A stretch of 32,000 nt of DNA from an unidentified eubacterium SCB49 (GCA_000170815.1 ABCO01000010.1:81652-113651); one strand, 5' to 3'. Positions 6,359-15,440 are shown, counted from the stretch's first letter. The notes: generated from the letters alone by a model not told the origin. Translations and numbers: made by a program.

Positions 6359-6449
6359 ACTCAATACTCACTACTCACTACTCACTACTCACCACTCACC
6401 ACTAACCACTCACTACTAATCACTCACCACTAACCACTCAATACTAATT
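6359..6449. repeat. Degenerate heptad tandem repeat, 13 units (ACTCAAT ACTCACT x3 ACTCACC x2 ACTAACC ACTCACT ACTAATC ACTCACC ACTAACC ACTCAAT ACTAATT)
   Basis: The register was verified base by base. It is 91 nt with no G on the + strand and fills the whole spacer between the upstream stop (6354-6356) and the rdgB ATG (6452). Confidence 0.9.
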
Positions 6450-6451
6450 TA

Positions 6452-7024
6452 ATGAAACTCGTCTTTGCTACCCACAATCAAAACAAATTTAAAGAAGTAA
6501 AAGCTTTGCTACCTTCAAGTATAGAATTATTAAGCTTAACAGATATAGACTGTAATGAAGATATTCCAGAAACCGAAGAAACGATAGAAGGGAACGCAAA
6601 ATTAAAAGTAGCCCACGTAAGAAAACATTATAATTTAAATTGTTTTGGCGATGATACAGGGCTGGAAGTTGCTAGTCTTAATAATGAGCCAGGTGTATAT
6701 AGCGCCCGTTATTCTGGTAAAAATGCTACTGCAGATACCAATATGGATAAATTGCTCACTAATCTAGAGGGTAAAGAAGATCGCTCTGCACGTTTTAAAA
6801 CTGCTATTGCATTAGATATAGATGGTAAAGAAGAACTATTTATTGGTTTGTGTGAAGGTCGTATTACAGAAGAGCGAAGTGGGAGTGAAGGTTTTGGTTA
6901 CGATCCTATTTTTCTCCCTAATGAAGCTGATGTTACTTTTGCAGAAATGACCATGGAAGAGAAAAGTAAAATAGGGCATAGAGGAAGAGCAATGCGACAG
7001 TTGATAGAATTTTTAAATGCTTAG
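6452..7024 (+). CDS. rdgB: Non-canonical purine NTP pyrophosphatase (dITP/XTP pyrophosphatase, RdgB/HAM1 family)
   Basis: 190 aa with the N-terminal FATHNQNKFKE motif, DDTGLEV, and FGYDPIF near the C-terminus. Confidence 0.9.
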   Translation: MKLVFATHNQNKFKEVKALLPSSIELLSLTDIDCNEDIPETEETIEGNAKLKVAHVRKHYNLNCFGDDTGLEVASLNNEPGVYSARYSGKNATADTNMDKLLTNLEGKEDRSARFKTAIALDIDGKEELFIGLCEGRITEERSGSEGFGYDPIFLPNEADVTFAEMTMEEKSKIGHRGRAMRQLIEFLNA

Positions 7025-7144
7025 AGGTGTCATGTTTTTAGTGATTTTATTTTAAAAATGTAATGTTTAGGTGTTTTTATTAACCCTAAATACTTCTGAA
7101 GTAATAATAAAATGTTAATAACTAGTTATATCCAAGAAAAAGAG

Positions 7145-7152
7145 TACTTTTG
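7145..7152 (+). promoter_or_regulatory. -7 promoter box TActTTTG, implying a leader of about 285 nt for the DEAD-box helicase gene
   Basis: Exact TAnnTTTG match. There is no clean TTG at -33. It is the only such box I found in the 418-bp spacer. Confidence 0.4.
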
Positions 7153-7442
7153 CACCGCGTTAGCAGAAATGTTACGTAAATACAAAATCCTCAGGGAGAG
7201 GTAGTGCTAAAAGTGAAGTCGTAGGTTATTTGTCGATCGCTTCCCACAGCACACAAATAACCATTCCAATTATAATTTGAAATGGAACTTAAAAAATTTG
7301 AATTATAATGTGACCAAATGAAAAAGAAAATTAAAGCATAGCATTAGCTACGGTTTTATTTTATTTTGAAATATGGGTGCATTAGAAACGAATTTTAAGG
7401 TTTATTATAATTTATTATTGGAATAAAATAAAGACTAAAAAA

Positions 7443-9323
7443 ATGTCAGCATTTAAAGCGTTGGGCCTCAACGATGAATTACTACAGGCCATCACAGACA
7501 TGGGTTTTGAAACCCCATCTGAAGTACAAGAACAAGCAATACCAATCCTTTTAGAAGAAGATACAGATCTTGTTGCCTTAGCGCAAACAGGAACTGGTAA
7601 AACAGCCGCATTTGGTTTTCCAATGCTGCAAAAAATAGACGTAGCAAGCCGCACAACTCAAGGTTTGATACTATCGCCTACACGTGAATTGTGTATGCAG
7701 ATTACCAATGAAATGAAAAGTTACGGTAAGCACATGAAAGGGCTTAACGTAGTTGCAATTTATGGTGGAGCAAGCATCTCTGATCAAGCACGCCAAATTA
7801 AAAAAGGAGCACAAATAATTGTTGCTACTCCTGGTCGTATGAAAGATATGATTAGCCGTAGAATGATTGATATTTCTAAAATAGAATATTGTGTGCTAGA
7901 TGAAGCAGATGAGATGTTAAACATGGGCTTCCATGAAGATATCACAGAAATTTTATCTCACTCACCACAAGAAAAAAGTACTTGGTTGTTTAGTGCAACA
8001 ATGCCAAGAGAGGTGGCGAGTATCGCTAAAGAATTTATGTATCAACCACAAGAAATTACGGTTGGTTCTAAAAATACAGGTTCAGAAAACGTTACACACG
8101 AATACTATTTAGTAAACGCGCGTGATCGTTACCAAGCTTTAAAGCGTCTTGCAGATGCAAATCCAGAAATCTTTTCTGTAGTGTTCTGTAGAACGAAGCG
8201 CGATACACAAAAAGTAGCAGAGCAATTAATACAAGATGGATATAGCGCAGGAGCAATACATGGAGATTTAAGTCAAAATCAACGTGACATTGTGATGAAG
8301 CAGTTCCGTAGTCGTCAAATTCAAATGATGGTTGCAACAGATGTAGCTGCTCGTGGAATTGATGTAGATAATATTACACACGTTATCAATTATCAATTAC
8401 CTGATGAGGTAGAGACATATACGCACCGTAGTGGTCGTACTGGTCGTGCTGGTAATCAAGGTATTTCTATTGTAATTGTTTCTAAAAGTGAAGTTCGCAA
8501 GATTAGAAGTATTGAGAAAAAAATACAAAAGAAATTTGAAGTAAAAGAAGTTCCTTCTGGAATGGAAATTTGCGAAAAGCAGTTAATGCACCTTGCAAAT
8601 AACATTAAAGACACAGAGATCAACGATGATATCGAAGCATATTTACCTGCTATTAATGAGTCGTTAGAAGATTTCAGCAAAGAAGAATTAATCAAGAAAT
8701 TCTTTTCTGTAGAATTTACACGTTTTTATAACTACTATAATAAAGCAAAAGATATTAATGTTAAGCCAGGTCACGAAAAAGACTACAGAGATGATACGGG
8801 TAGTACTCGTTTCTTCTTAAATGTAGGTGAGAAAGATGACTTTAACTGGATGTCTCTAAAAGACTTACTTAAAGAAGTTCTTAATTTAGGGAAAGATGAT
8901 GTTTATAAGGTAGATGTTAAAGATTCGTTTTCATTTTTTAATGTAGATGAAAAACACAAAGATCTTGTAACAAGTGTATTTGCAGATTTTGAAATTGAAG
9001 GTCGTAAAGTAAATGTTGAAGAGTCTTCTGGTGGAGGCGGAGGTCGCAAAGGTGGCGGACGCGGACGCGGAGGAAGATCTGGAGGTAGAGGTCGCAGTGG
9101 TGGCGGAGGCTACAAAGGCGGAAGACGTCGTGATGATGATCGTGGTGGAAGAAGCAGTGGCGGCTACAAAGGAAAGAGAAGCAGTGATGGAGGGTCTAGT
9201 GATTCTTCTAAACGAGGAAGATTTGGCGGTAGCTCTGAAGGTAAATCTAGATTTAGCGGTAAACGTAGAGGAAAATCTAAACCAGAAGGTGGAGGAACCG
9301 GAGGTCGTAGAAGAAGAGATTAA
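7443..9323 (+). CDS. deaD: DEAD-box ATP-dependent RNA helicase with DbpA-type RNA-binding domain and Arg/Gly-rich C-terminal tail
   Basis: 626 aa with a Q-motif region, AQTGTGKT (I), PTRELC (Ia), DEAD (II), SAT (III), ARGID (V) and HRSGRTGRAG (VI). A DbpA-like segment follows (TRFFLNVGEKDDFNWMSLKDLL...), then a tail of about 100 aa rich in RGG/GGR. Confidence 0.93.
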   Translation: MSAFKALGLNDELLQAITDMGFETPSEVQEQAIPILLEEDTDLVALAQTGTGKTAAFGFPMLQKIDVASRTTQGLILSPTRELCMQITNEMKSYGKHMKGLNVVAIYGGASISDQARQIKKGAQIIVATPGRMKDMISRRMIDISKIEYCVLDEADEMLNMGFHEDITEILSHSPQEKSTWLFSATMPREVASIAKEFMYQPQEITVGSKNTGSENVTHEYYLVNARDRYQALKRLADANPEIFSVVFCRTKRDTQKVAEQLIQDGYSAGAIHGDLSQNQRDIVMKQFRSRQIQMMVATDVAARGIDVDNITHVINYQLPDEVETYTHRSGRTGRAGNQGISIVIVSKSEVRKIRSIEKKIQKKFEVKEVPSGMEICEKQLMHLANNIKDTEINDDIEAYLPAINESLEDFSKEELIKKFFSVEFTRFYNYYNKAKDINVKPGHEKDYRDDTGSTRFFLNVGEKDDFNWMSLKDLLKEVLNLGKDDVYKVDVKDSFSFFNVDEKHKDLVTSVFADFEIEGRKVNVEESSGGGGGRKGGGRGRGGRSGGRGRSGGGGYKGGRRRDDDRGGRSSGGYKGKRSSDGGSSDSSKRGRFGGSSEGKSRFSGKRRGKSKPEGGGTGGRRRRD

Positions 9324-9358
9324 TTTTTTTCTTCGGAAATATTAAAAATATCAATTGT

Positions 9359-9395
9359 AAATCCGTGTCAATATTTTGGCACGGATTTTATTGTT
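9359..9395 (+). terminator. Intrinsic terminator after the helicase gene
   Basis: A perfect 9-bp stem, AAATCCGTG (9359-9367) with CACGGATTT (9380-9388), has a 12-nt loop and is followed by T-rich sequence. Confidence 0.6.
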
Positions 9396-9479
9396 ATATT
9401 TAGCTCTTGATAAAATGTGATTTCACATTGAAATTTTGCTGCATTTTTGTCGTCTATATATGTACATTTGTATTACTCT

Positions 9480-10247
9480 ATGAAAAAATTTGCCCTTCTT
9501 TTTTGTTTGTTTTTAGTCACATCTATGACCTTTGCTCAAGATGACTTAATTATTGAGGGTACTGTTCTTAATGATGATGATGATGCACCATTAGAGAATG
9601 TAAACGTTGTAAATCTTAATGAGGTTAAAGGAACTACCACAAGTCAAAAAGGTGTTTTTAAGATACAAGCTAAAGTAAACGACACACTTTATTTTAGTTA
9701 TTTAGGTTTCAAATCTATTAGAGTTCGAGTTACAAATGACTGGCTAAAATTTGGAGACATAAAAGTAAAAATGACAGAGCTAGGTATTGCGCTTGAAGAA
9801 GTGGTAGTACGTCCTGTAAATCTTACAGGGTATGTTGAGGTAGATGCAAAAATAATTCCTGTATACGATAATTATCGCTACCGCATATCTGGAATTGGTT
9901 CTGGTTATGAAGGTGGGCAGCAACAACCTGGAGCAATATCTAAAGTTTTAGGTGCCATCTTTAATCCCGCAGATTTTTTATATAATGTTTTTGGGAAACG
10001 TCCCAAACAGATGCGTAAACTTCGCCAAATGAAGGAAGATGATAATATTAGAAATCTACTTCAGAGTAAATTTGATCGCGAAACTCTTATGGCTGTCTTA
10101 CAGTTAGAGCGTGTGGATGTCGATGAAATTTTAAACAACTGTAGTTATAGTGAAGATTTTATACGTTCTGCAAATGACTTACAGATCCTTGACGCTATAA
10201 GTGAATGTTACGAGGAGTATAAAGTGTTAAATAGAGATCGAGAGTAA
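9480..10247 (+). CDS. Secreted CarboxypepD_reg-like domain protein
   Basis: The signal peptide MKKFALLFCLFLVTSMTFAQ is followed by IIEGTVLNDDDDAPLENVNVVNL..KGTTTSQKGVFKI, typical of the carboxypeptidase-regulatory-like beta-sandwich. I chose the ATG at 9480 over 9447 because promoter-like boxes (CAttTTTG at 9442-9449, TAcaTTTG at 9463-9470) overlap the longer ORF. Confidence 0.75.
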   Translation: MKKFALLFCLFLVTSMTFAQDDLIIEGTVLNDDDDAPLENVNVVNLNEVKGTTTSQKGVFKIQAKVNDTLYFSYLGFKSIRVRVTNDWLKFGDIKVKMTELGIALEEVVVRPVNLTGYVEVDAKIIPVYDNYRYRISGIGSGYEGGQQQPGAISKVLGAIFNPADFLYNVFGKRPKQMRKLRQMKEDDNIRNLLQSKFDRETLMAVLQLERVDVDEILNNCSYSEDFIRSANDLQILDAISECYEEYKVLNRDRE

Positions 10248-10411
10248 TCTGTTTTAATACATATTAGATGGGCATATTATTCTTTTCATTGTCTACAAAT
10301 ACGACCAGACTCACATCATTTTTTATTCTTGGATTATGTGATTCGGGACATAACTAATATGAATTTCAAACTAAATTTTTAATAGCAATACGTATTTTTT
10401 AAGTATTAAAT

Positions 10412-11776
10412 ATGACAAACTACATCGAAGCTCAAAAAGCATTTTTTATAACGCAGGCTACTAAAGATGTTTCTTTCAGGATTAAACAACTTAAAAAACT
10501 CGCTAAGCTTTTAGATGACAATGAAGCGGCTCTTCATAAAGCGATACACGACGATTTTAAAAAATCTGCTTTTGAGAATTATGTAACTGAGTTGGCCTTT
10601 GTACAGCACGATATTAAAGAAGCAATTCGCAATATTGATCAATGGACAAGAGTACAAGATGTTCAAACCAATATTGCTAATTTTCCAGCAAAAAGTTACA
10701 TTATTCCAGAACCTTTAGGAACATGTTTGGTAATAGGTGCCTGGAATTATCCTTACCAATTATCACTGGCTCCAGCTGTTGCGGCAATTGCTGCTGGCAA
10801 TACTGTAATCATAAAGCCTAGCGAAATGCCTAGTAATACGGCAAGAGTCATGGCAACATTAATCAATAAAGCTTTTGACCCAAGAGTACTAAAAGTAATT
10901 GAAGGGGGTGTAGCAGAGACTACAGCGCTGCTTAATCAAGATTTTGACAAGATTTTCTTTACAGGAAGTACTACTGTTGGTAAAATAGTATATAAAGCTG
11001 CAGCAGAAAAGTTAATACCTGTAACCCTTGAGTTAGGAGGTAAAAGTCCTGCCATTATAACTAAAGATGCTAATCTTAAAATGGCAGCAAAACGTTTAAT
11101 CTGGGCAAAATTTTTAAATGCAGGTCAAACCTGTATTGCACCAGACTATATATTAATACATAAAAGTAAACAAGAAACGTTTTTAAAATATGCAGTTGCC
11201 GAAATAGAAAAAGCCAAATATGCTTTTGAGAATGGTAATTATGTGCAGATTATTAACGATAAAAATTTTGACCGTCTTTTCAAAATGTTAGATGCTTCAA
11301 AAACATATATTGGCGGTCAAAACAACAAAAAAGATAGGTATATAGCGCCTACTGTTTTAACAAATATTTCTTGGGATCATCCTACGATGAAGGAAGAGAT
11401 TTTTGGCCCAATACTTCCCGTAATTAGTTATTATGAAATAGATGAGGTGTTTACTAATGTTAGAAAATTTCCGAAGCCATTGTCATTGTATGTTTTTACG
11501 TCTAATTCAAAAACAAAATCTCGTGTTTTAAATGAATTGTCTTTTGGTGGTGGTGCTGTAAATGAGGCAGTCATGCATATTAGTAATCCGCATTTACCTT
11601 TTGGAGGTGTTGGTACAAGTGGGATAGGGACTTATCACGGTAAAGCAGGTTTTGATTGCTTTACACATTATAAAAGCATATTGGATAAACCTACTTGGCT
11701 AGAATTGCCTATTAAATTTTCGCCGTATTCAAAAACTAAACTCGCTTGGTTGCGACGCTTATTTAAACTACAATAA
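10412..11776 (+). CDS. NAD(P)-dependent aldehyde dehydrogenase (ALDH class 3-like)
   Basis: 454 aa with FTGSTTVG, the catalytic Glu context ELGGKSP, the catalytic Cys context GQTCIAPDY, and EEIFGP. Confidence 0.92.
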   Translation: MTNYIEAQKAFFITQATKDVSFRIKQLKKLAKLLDDNEAALHKAIHDDFKKSAFENYVTELAFVQHDIKEAIRNIDQWTRVQDVQTNIANFPAKSYIIPEPLGTCLVIGAWNYPYQLSLAPAVAAIAAGNTVIIKPSEMPSNTARVMATLINKAFDPRVLKVIEGGVAETTALLNQDFDKIFFTGSTTVGKIVYKAAAEKLIPVTLELGGKSPAIITKDANLKMAAKRLIWAKFLNAGQTCIAPDYILIHKSKQETFLKYAVAEIEKAKYAFENGNYVQIINDKNFDRLFKMLDASKTYIGGQNNKKDRYIAPTVLTNISWDHPTMKEEIFGPILPVISYYEIDEVFTNVRKFPKPLSLYVFTSNSKTKSRVLNELSFGGGAVNEAVMHISNPHLPFGGVGTSGIGTYHGKAGFDCFTHYKSILDKPTWLELPIKFSPYSKTKLAWLRRLFKLQ

Positions 11777-12093
11777 TGTGGCAATCTATTATTCATTACG
11801 GACTTCATTTTTCGTTACCATTATTGGTGGCCATACTTTTTTATAGGTCACAATGGAAAAAAGCTTTTTTAATAATGATTGCGATGATGGTGGTAGATAT
11901 TGATCATCTTCTTGCAGATCCTATTTTTGATCCCGGTCGATGTAGTGTTGGGTTTCACTTTTTACATACTTACTGGGCAATTGGGGTGTATTTTATCTGT
12001 GCTTTTATTAAACCCTTACGACTTTTTTCTTTAGGTTTATTGCTACATATGGTGGCAGATTTTACAGATTGTTGGATGATGGGAACTTGGTAG
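11776..12093 (+). CDS. Small integral membrane protein of unknown function (His/Asp-rich motifs)
   Basis: 105 aa with 3 hydrophobic helices. The start overlaps the ALDH stop (TAATG). It contains DIDHLLAD and LLLHMVADFTD. Confidence 0.7.
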   Translation: MWQSIIHYGLHFSLPLLVAILFYRSQWKKAFLIMIAMMVVDIDHLLADPIFDPGRCSVGFHFLHTYWAIGVYFICAFIKPLRLFSLGLLLHMVADFTDCWMMGTW

Positions 12094-12210
12094 GATTTAG
12101 GTGTTCTCTATGATAAATAACAATCTCTAGAATTCCTTATTTATGCCACGCACAGTAAAACACTTGAAAGAAAATACTCAGATTTCCATTTTCGATTTCA
12201 GTTATGAATT

Positions 12211-12684
12211 CTATCGGTGATGATAGGGTTCATTTTTTAATATTGTAAACCCTCGATAAATTTGCTCTACTACAAATAGACGAACCATTTGGTGGCTGAA
12301 AGTCATAGAAGACAATGATACTTTTCCGTTTGCTCTTGTGTAGATTTCTTCACTAAAACCATAAGGGCCGCCAATTACAAAAATGAGATTTTTAAGGCCA
12401 CTGTTCATGTGTTTTTGTAAGTATTGGCTAAATTTTACAGAGGTGTATGTTTTACCTTTTTCATCGAGCAGAATAAGAGCATCAGATGTTTGTGTACGTT
12501 TTAAAATTTCTTCTCCTTCTAGCTGTTTTTGTTGTGCTTCAGATAAGTTTTTTGCTTTTTTGATATCAGGGATGATTTCAAAAGAGAAGCCTACGTAATG
12601 TTTGAGACGCTTGATGTAGACTTCAGTGAGTTCTATAAGCTTTTTATCGTCTGTTTTGCCAATGGCTAGTAAAGTGATTTTCAT
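12211..12684 (-). CDS. rlmH: 23S rRNA (pseudouridine1915-N3)-methyltransferase
   Basis: 157 aa, the SPOUT-class RlmH length, with the typical LDEKGK...FVIGGPYGFS...SLSSMTFSHQMVRLFVVEQIYRGF pattern. Confidence 0.9.
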   Translation of the reverse strand: MKITLLAIGKTDDKKLIELTEVYIKRLKHYVGFSFEIIPDIKKAKNLSEAQQKQLEGEEILKRTQTSDALILLDEKGKTYTSVKFSQYLQKHMNSGLKNLIFVIGGPYGFSEEIYTRANGKVSLSSMTFSHQMVRLFVVEQIYRGFTILKNEPYHHR

Positions 12685-12731
12685 TGTTTAATTTTCTTGA
12701 ATGTATTGTTTTTTAGTTTTAAAAAGTAGTA

Positions 12732-13571
12732 TCAAGAACATTCTTCAGGATATCTGTTAATAATAATGTTTCTATAAATTCCCACCTCTTCATCATTTAA
12801 CAATGCTTCATCCCAATCTTTTTTTAAGGCATGCCAAGTAGTAGAAGTAACTAGTGTGTTGAAAATATCTTTATTTATGGGCCTATTTAATAATACAAAT
12901 TCTCCATTTGGCTTAATAAGAACAGCATAATAATGCCTTAAATATTTAAAAAACTCTTTTTCAATTATACCTGTATGGTCCTTTTGCCAAAACCCTTTTG
13001 GATAAAAATAGTGTTCGCCGCCACTATTTTTATTAAACATAGCAAAATCTAAAGGGAGTTCTGTTGCTAGACGCTCTTTACATTTCACAGATTTATCTGC
13101 ATATTTACTTATGCGGTTAGCGTATTTTTTTTTAATCAAATTTTCGTTCGTAAAAACGTAAGAGTTTTTATCAAATTTAATTAGTGACTTTATCTTTTTG
13201 TTATTGGTTTTATATTGTTTTTTGTCGCTAGAATCTATTGGTTTAACACTCTTAGATTTTTGTCTATAAATGATTAGGGCAGCTCTATTATTATCAAAAT
13301 AAGTGATTGAATCATGATTTAAAATAGACTTTACTTGTGCTAATTTTTCTGAACTTAACTTGCCAAATTTAAGATAGGGAACCATTTTTTTTATGGTTTG
13401 ATTTTCAGTGTTGTAAGTTAGAACTGTCTTGAATCTATTATTGCTTAATACATCAAACACGTCTTTAGGAATTTGAATGTTATTTTCATCAAGATATATT
13501 AGCTCTTGCGCCTTTACAATTTCCGAAGAAAAAAGAAGCGAGAGTATGATAATTATGAGATTTTTATACAT
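12732..13571 (-). CDS. Hypothetical secreted protein
   Basis: I chose the Met of MYKNLIIIILSLLFSSEIVKAQ (signal peptide, ATG at 13571) over the longer ORF start at 13592. The protein is Lys/Asn-rich and I recognise no motif. Confidence 0.65.
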   Translation of the reverse strand: MYKNLIIIILSLLFSSEIVKAQELIYLDENNIQIPKDVFDVLSNNRFKTVLTYNTENQTIKKMVPYLKFGKLSSEKLAQVKSILNHDSITYFDNNRAALIIYRQKSKSVKPIDSSDKKQYKTNNKKIKSLIKFDKNSYVFTNENLIKKKYANRISKYADKSVKCKERLATELPLDFAMFNKNSGGEHYFYPKGFWQKDHTGIIEKEFFKYLRHYYAVLIKPNGEFVLLNRPINKDIFNTLVTSTTWHALKKDWDEALLNDEEVGIYRNIIINRYPEECS

Positions 13572-13600
13572 TGAGTTGCTTTCAGTCCTCAAAAATACTA

Positions 13601-13608
13601 TATTTTTG
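13601..13608 (+). promoter_or_regulatory. -7 promoter box TAttTTTG upstream of nadC
   Basis: Exact TAnnTTTG match 20 nt upstream of the nadC ATG. A TTG at 13576-13578 has non-ideal spacing (22 nt). Confidence 0.4.
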
Positions 13609-13628
13609 AGTCTTTAAATTAGGAATAG

Positions 13629-14486
13629 ATGATTTCAGAAAAACAATTTAACAAGGAAATACACATTACAATTGCAAATGCGATACGTGAAGATATAGGT
13701 GATGGAGATCACAGCTCGCTGGCTTGTATTCCAGAAGATGCACAAGGAAAGGCAAAATTGCTAGTGAAAGATGATGGTATTATTGCGGGTGTTGAGTTTG
13801 CAAAACAAGTGTTTGATTATGTTGATCCGGGATTGAAAATTGAAGTGAAAATAGAAGATGGTACACCTGTAAAATATGGTGATATTGCTTTTTATGTAGA
13901 AGGAAACTCACAGTCTATCTTAAAAGCTGAACGATTAGTGCTTAATGCTATGCAGCGTATGAGCGCGATTGCTACAAAAACGAATGCTTATGTAAAGCTT
14001 CTAGAAGGTACAAAAACAAAAATACTAGATACCAGAAAAACCACACCGGGAATTAGAGCTTTAGAAAAATGGGCTGTAAAAATAGGAGGAGGAGAGAATC
14101 ATCGTTTTGCGCTTTACGATATGGTTATGCTAAAAGATAATCATATTGATTTTTGTGGAGGCATTACTAAAGCTATTGAAACTACGGTTAAATATTTAGA
14201 CGATAAACATTTGGATTTAAAGATTATTGTAGAAGCTCGTAATCTTGAAGAAATTAAAGAGATACTTTCAGTTAAAGGGGTGTACAGAATTTTGATTGAT
14301 AATTTTAATTATGAAGATACTCGAAAAGCAGTAGCTTTAATAGGAAATCAGTGCCTTACAGAGAGTAGTGGAGGGATTACCTTAGAAACAGCAAGACACT
14401 ATGCAGAATGTGGTGTAGACTTTATATCAAGTGGTGCATTAACGCATTCTGTTTATAATATGGATTTAAGTCTTAAAGCAGTCTAG
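13629..14486 (+). CDS. nadC: Nicotinate-nucleotide pyrophosphorylase (carboxylating), quinolinate phosphoribosyltransferase
   Basis: 285 aa with the QPRTase pattern ERLVLNAMQRMSAIAT, TRKTTPG.R, DMVMLKDNH and SSGALTHS. Confidence 0.9.
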   Translation: MISEKQFNKEIHITIANAIREDIGDGDHSSLACIPEDAQGKAKLLVKDDGIIAGVEFAKQVFDYVDPGLKIEVKIEDGTPVKYGDIAFYVEGNSQSILKAERLVLNAMQRMSAIATKTNAYVKLLEGTKTKILDTRKTTPGIRALEKWAVKIGGGENHRFALYDMVMLKDNHIDFCGGITKAIETTVKYLDDKHLDLKIIVEARNLEEIKEILSVKGVYRILIDNFNYEDTRKAVALIGNQCLTESSGGITLETARHYAECGVDFISSGALTHSVYNMDLSLKAV

Positions 14487-15427
14487 TGAGCGAAATTCAA
14501 GAAGAATATAATACTAATATTCCTGTAGTAAAACACATTGTAAAATGGAGTAGGAAAGTAAAACTTCCTGGCTTACATGGATTAACTTTATATCGATTAG
14601 TTGATATATATGGCACAGGAATTATAAAAGGCTCATTTTCGCCTCGAGCGAGTTCTATTGCTTATAGTTTTTTTGTAGCACTTTTTCCATTTTTGTTATT
14701 CATTTTAAACTTACTTCCATATATAAAAATTGAAGGTTTTCAAACCCGCTTTTTAATTTTTATAGAAGAAGCATTACCTGCACAAACGGCCGATTTGTTT
14801 TATCCTGTGATTGCAGATATTGCTGTAAACCCTAGGGGTGGCTTACTCTCTTTTGTGATTATACTGTCTTTGTTTTTAGCCGCAAATGGTGTAAACGCAG
14901 CTTTCAGTGCTTTTGAAGAATCTTATTACGTAACATTAAATAGGGGCTTTTTTAAACAATATGCTTATGCTTTTGCAGTCTCTTTGCTCTTGGCATTGTT
15001 GTTGATTATTACAGTAGGAGTCATTGTATATGGAGAATTTTTGATAAATGACTTGGCAGGTCGGGCGTATATAGAGAACGATTTTTTTTGGATCTCTTTA
15101 TTACAAGTATCGGTCTTTGTTGTAATGGTGTATGTGGCAGTAGCAACTTTGTATTATTTTGGGACACGAGAAAGTAGAAAAATTAGATTTTTTTCACTTG
15201 GAGCATTAATAACCACCTTGCTTTTTATTGTGACCACTTATCTATTCGGTATCTATATTAATAACTTTTCAAATTATAACGAATTATACGGTTCTTTAGG
15301 GGCATTGTTGATAATGATGTTATATATTTGGATAAATGCAAACCTACTTTTATTAGGGTTTGAATTAAACATCACGCTTTTTAAACTTGATGTAAAAAGA
15401 AAGCGCACAAAAACGAACAGTAATTAA
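14486..15427 (+). CDS. YihY/BrkB-family integral membrane protein
   Basis: 313 aa with about 6 TM helices. The N-terminal LTLYRLVDIY...SFSPRASSIAYSFFVALFPFLLF is characteristic of the YihY family. The GTG start overlaps the nadC stop (TAGTG). Confidence 0.8.
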   Translation: MSEIQEEYNTNIPVVKHIVKWSRKVKLPGLHGLTLYRLVDIYGTGIIKGSFSPRASSIAYSFFVALFPFLLFILNLLPYIKIEGFQTRFLIFIEEALPAQTADLFYPVIADIAVNPRGGLLSFVIILSLFLAANGVNAAFSAFEESYYVTLNRGFFKQYAYAFAVSLLLALLLIITVGVIVYGEFLINDLAGRAYIENDFFWISLLQVSVFVVMVYVAVATLYYFGTRESRKIRFFSLGALITTLLFIVTTYLFGIYINNFSNYNELYGSLGALLIMMLYIWINANLLLLGFELNITLFKLDVKRKRTKTNSN

Positions 15428-15440
15428 AAATATAAAAAAA

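Noticed and set aside
9013-9345. 110-aa acidic ORF (EAEVAKVADADAEEDLEVEV...) on the + strand.
   Set aside because: It is an alternative-frame shadow of the GGN/CGN-rich DNA encoding the helicase RGG tail. It has no independent start context and lies entirely inside a well-supported gene.
12130-12170. AT-only inverted repeat ATAAATAA...TTATTTAT between the convergent DUF membrane gene and rlmH, as a possible terminator.
   Set aside because: The stem is only 8 A:T pairs with a 17-nt loop and no U-run. That is too weak to call from sequence alone.
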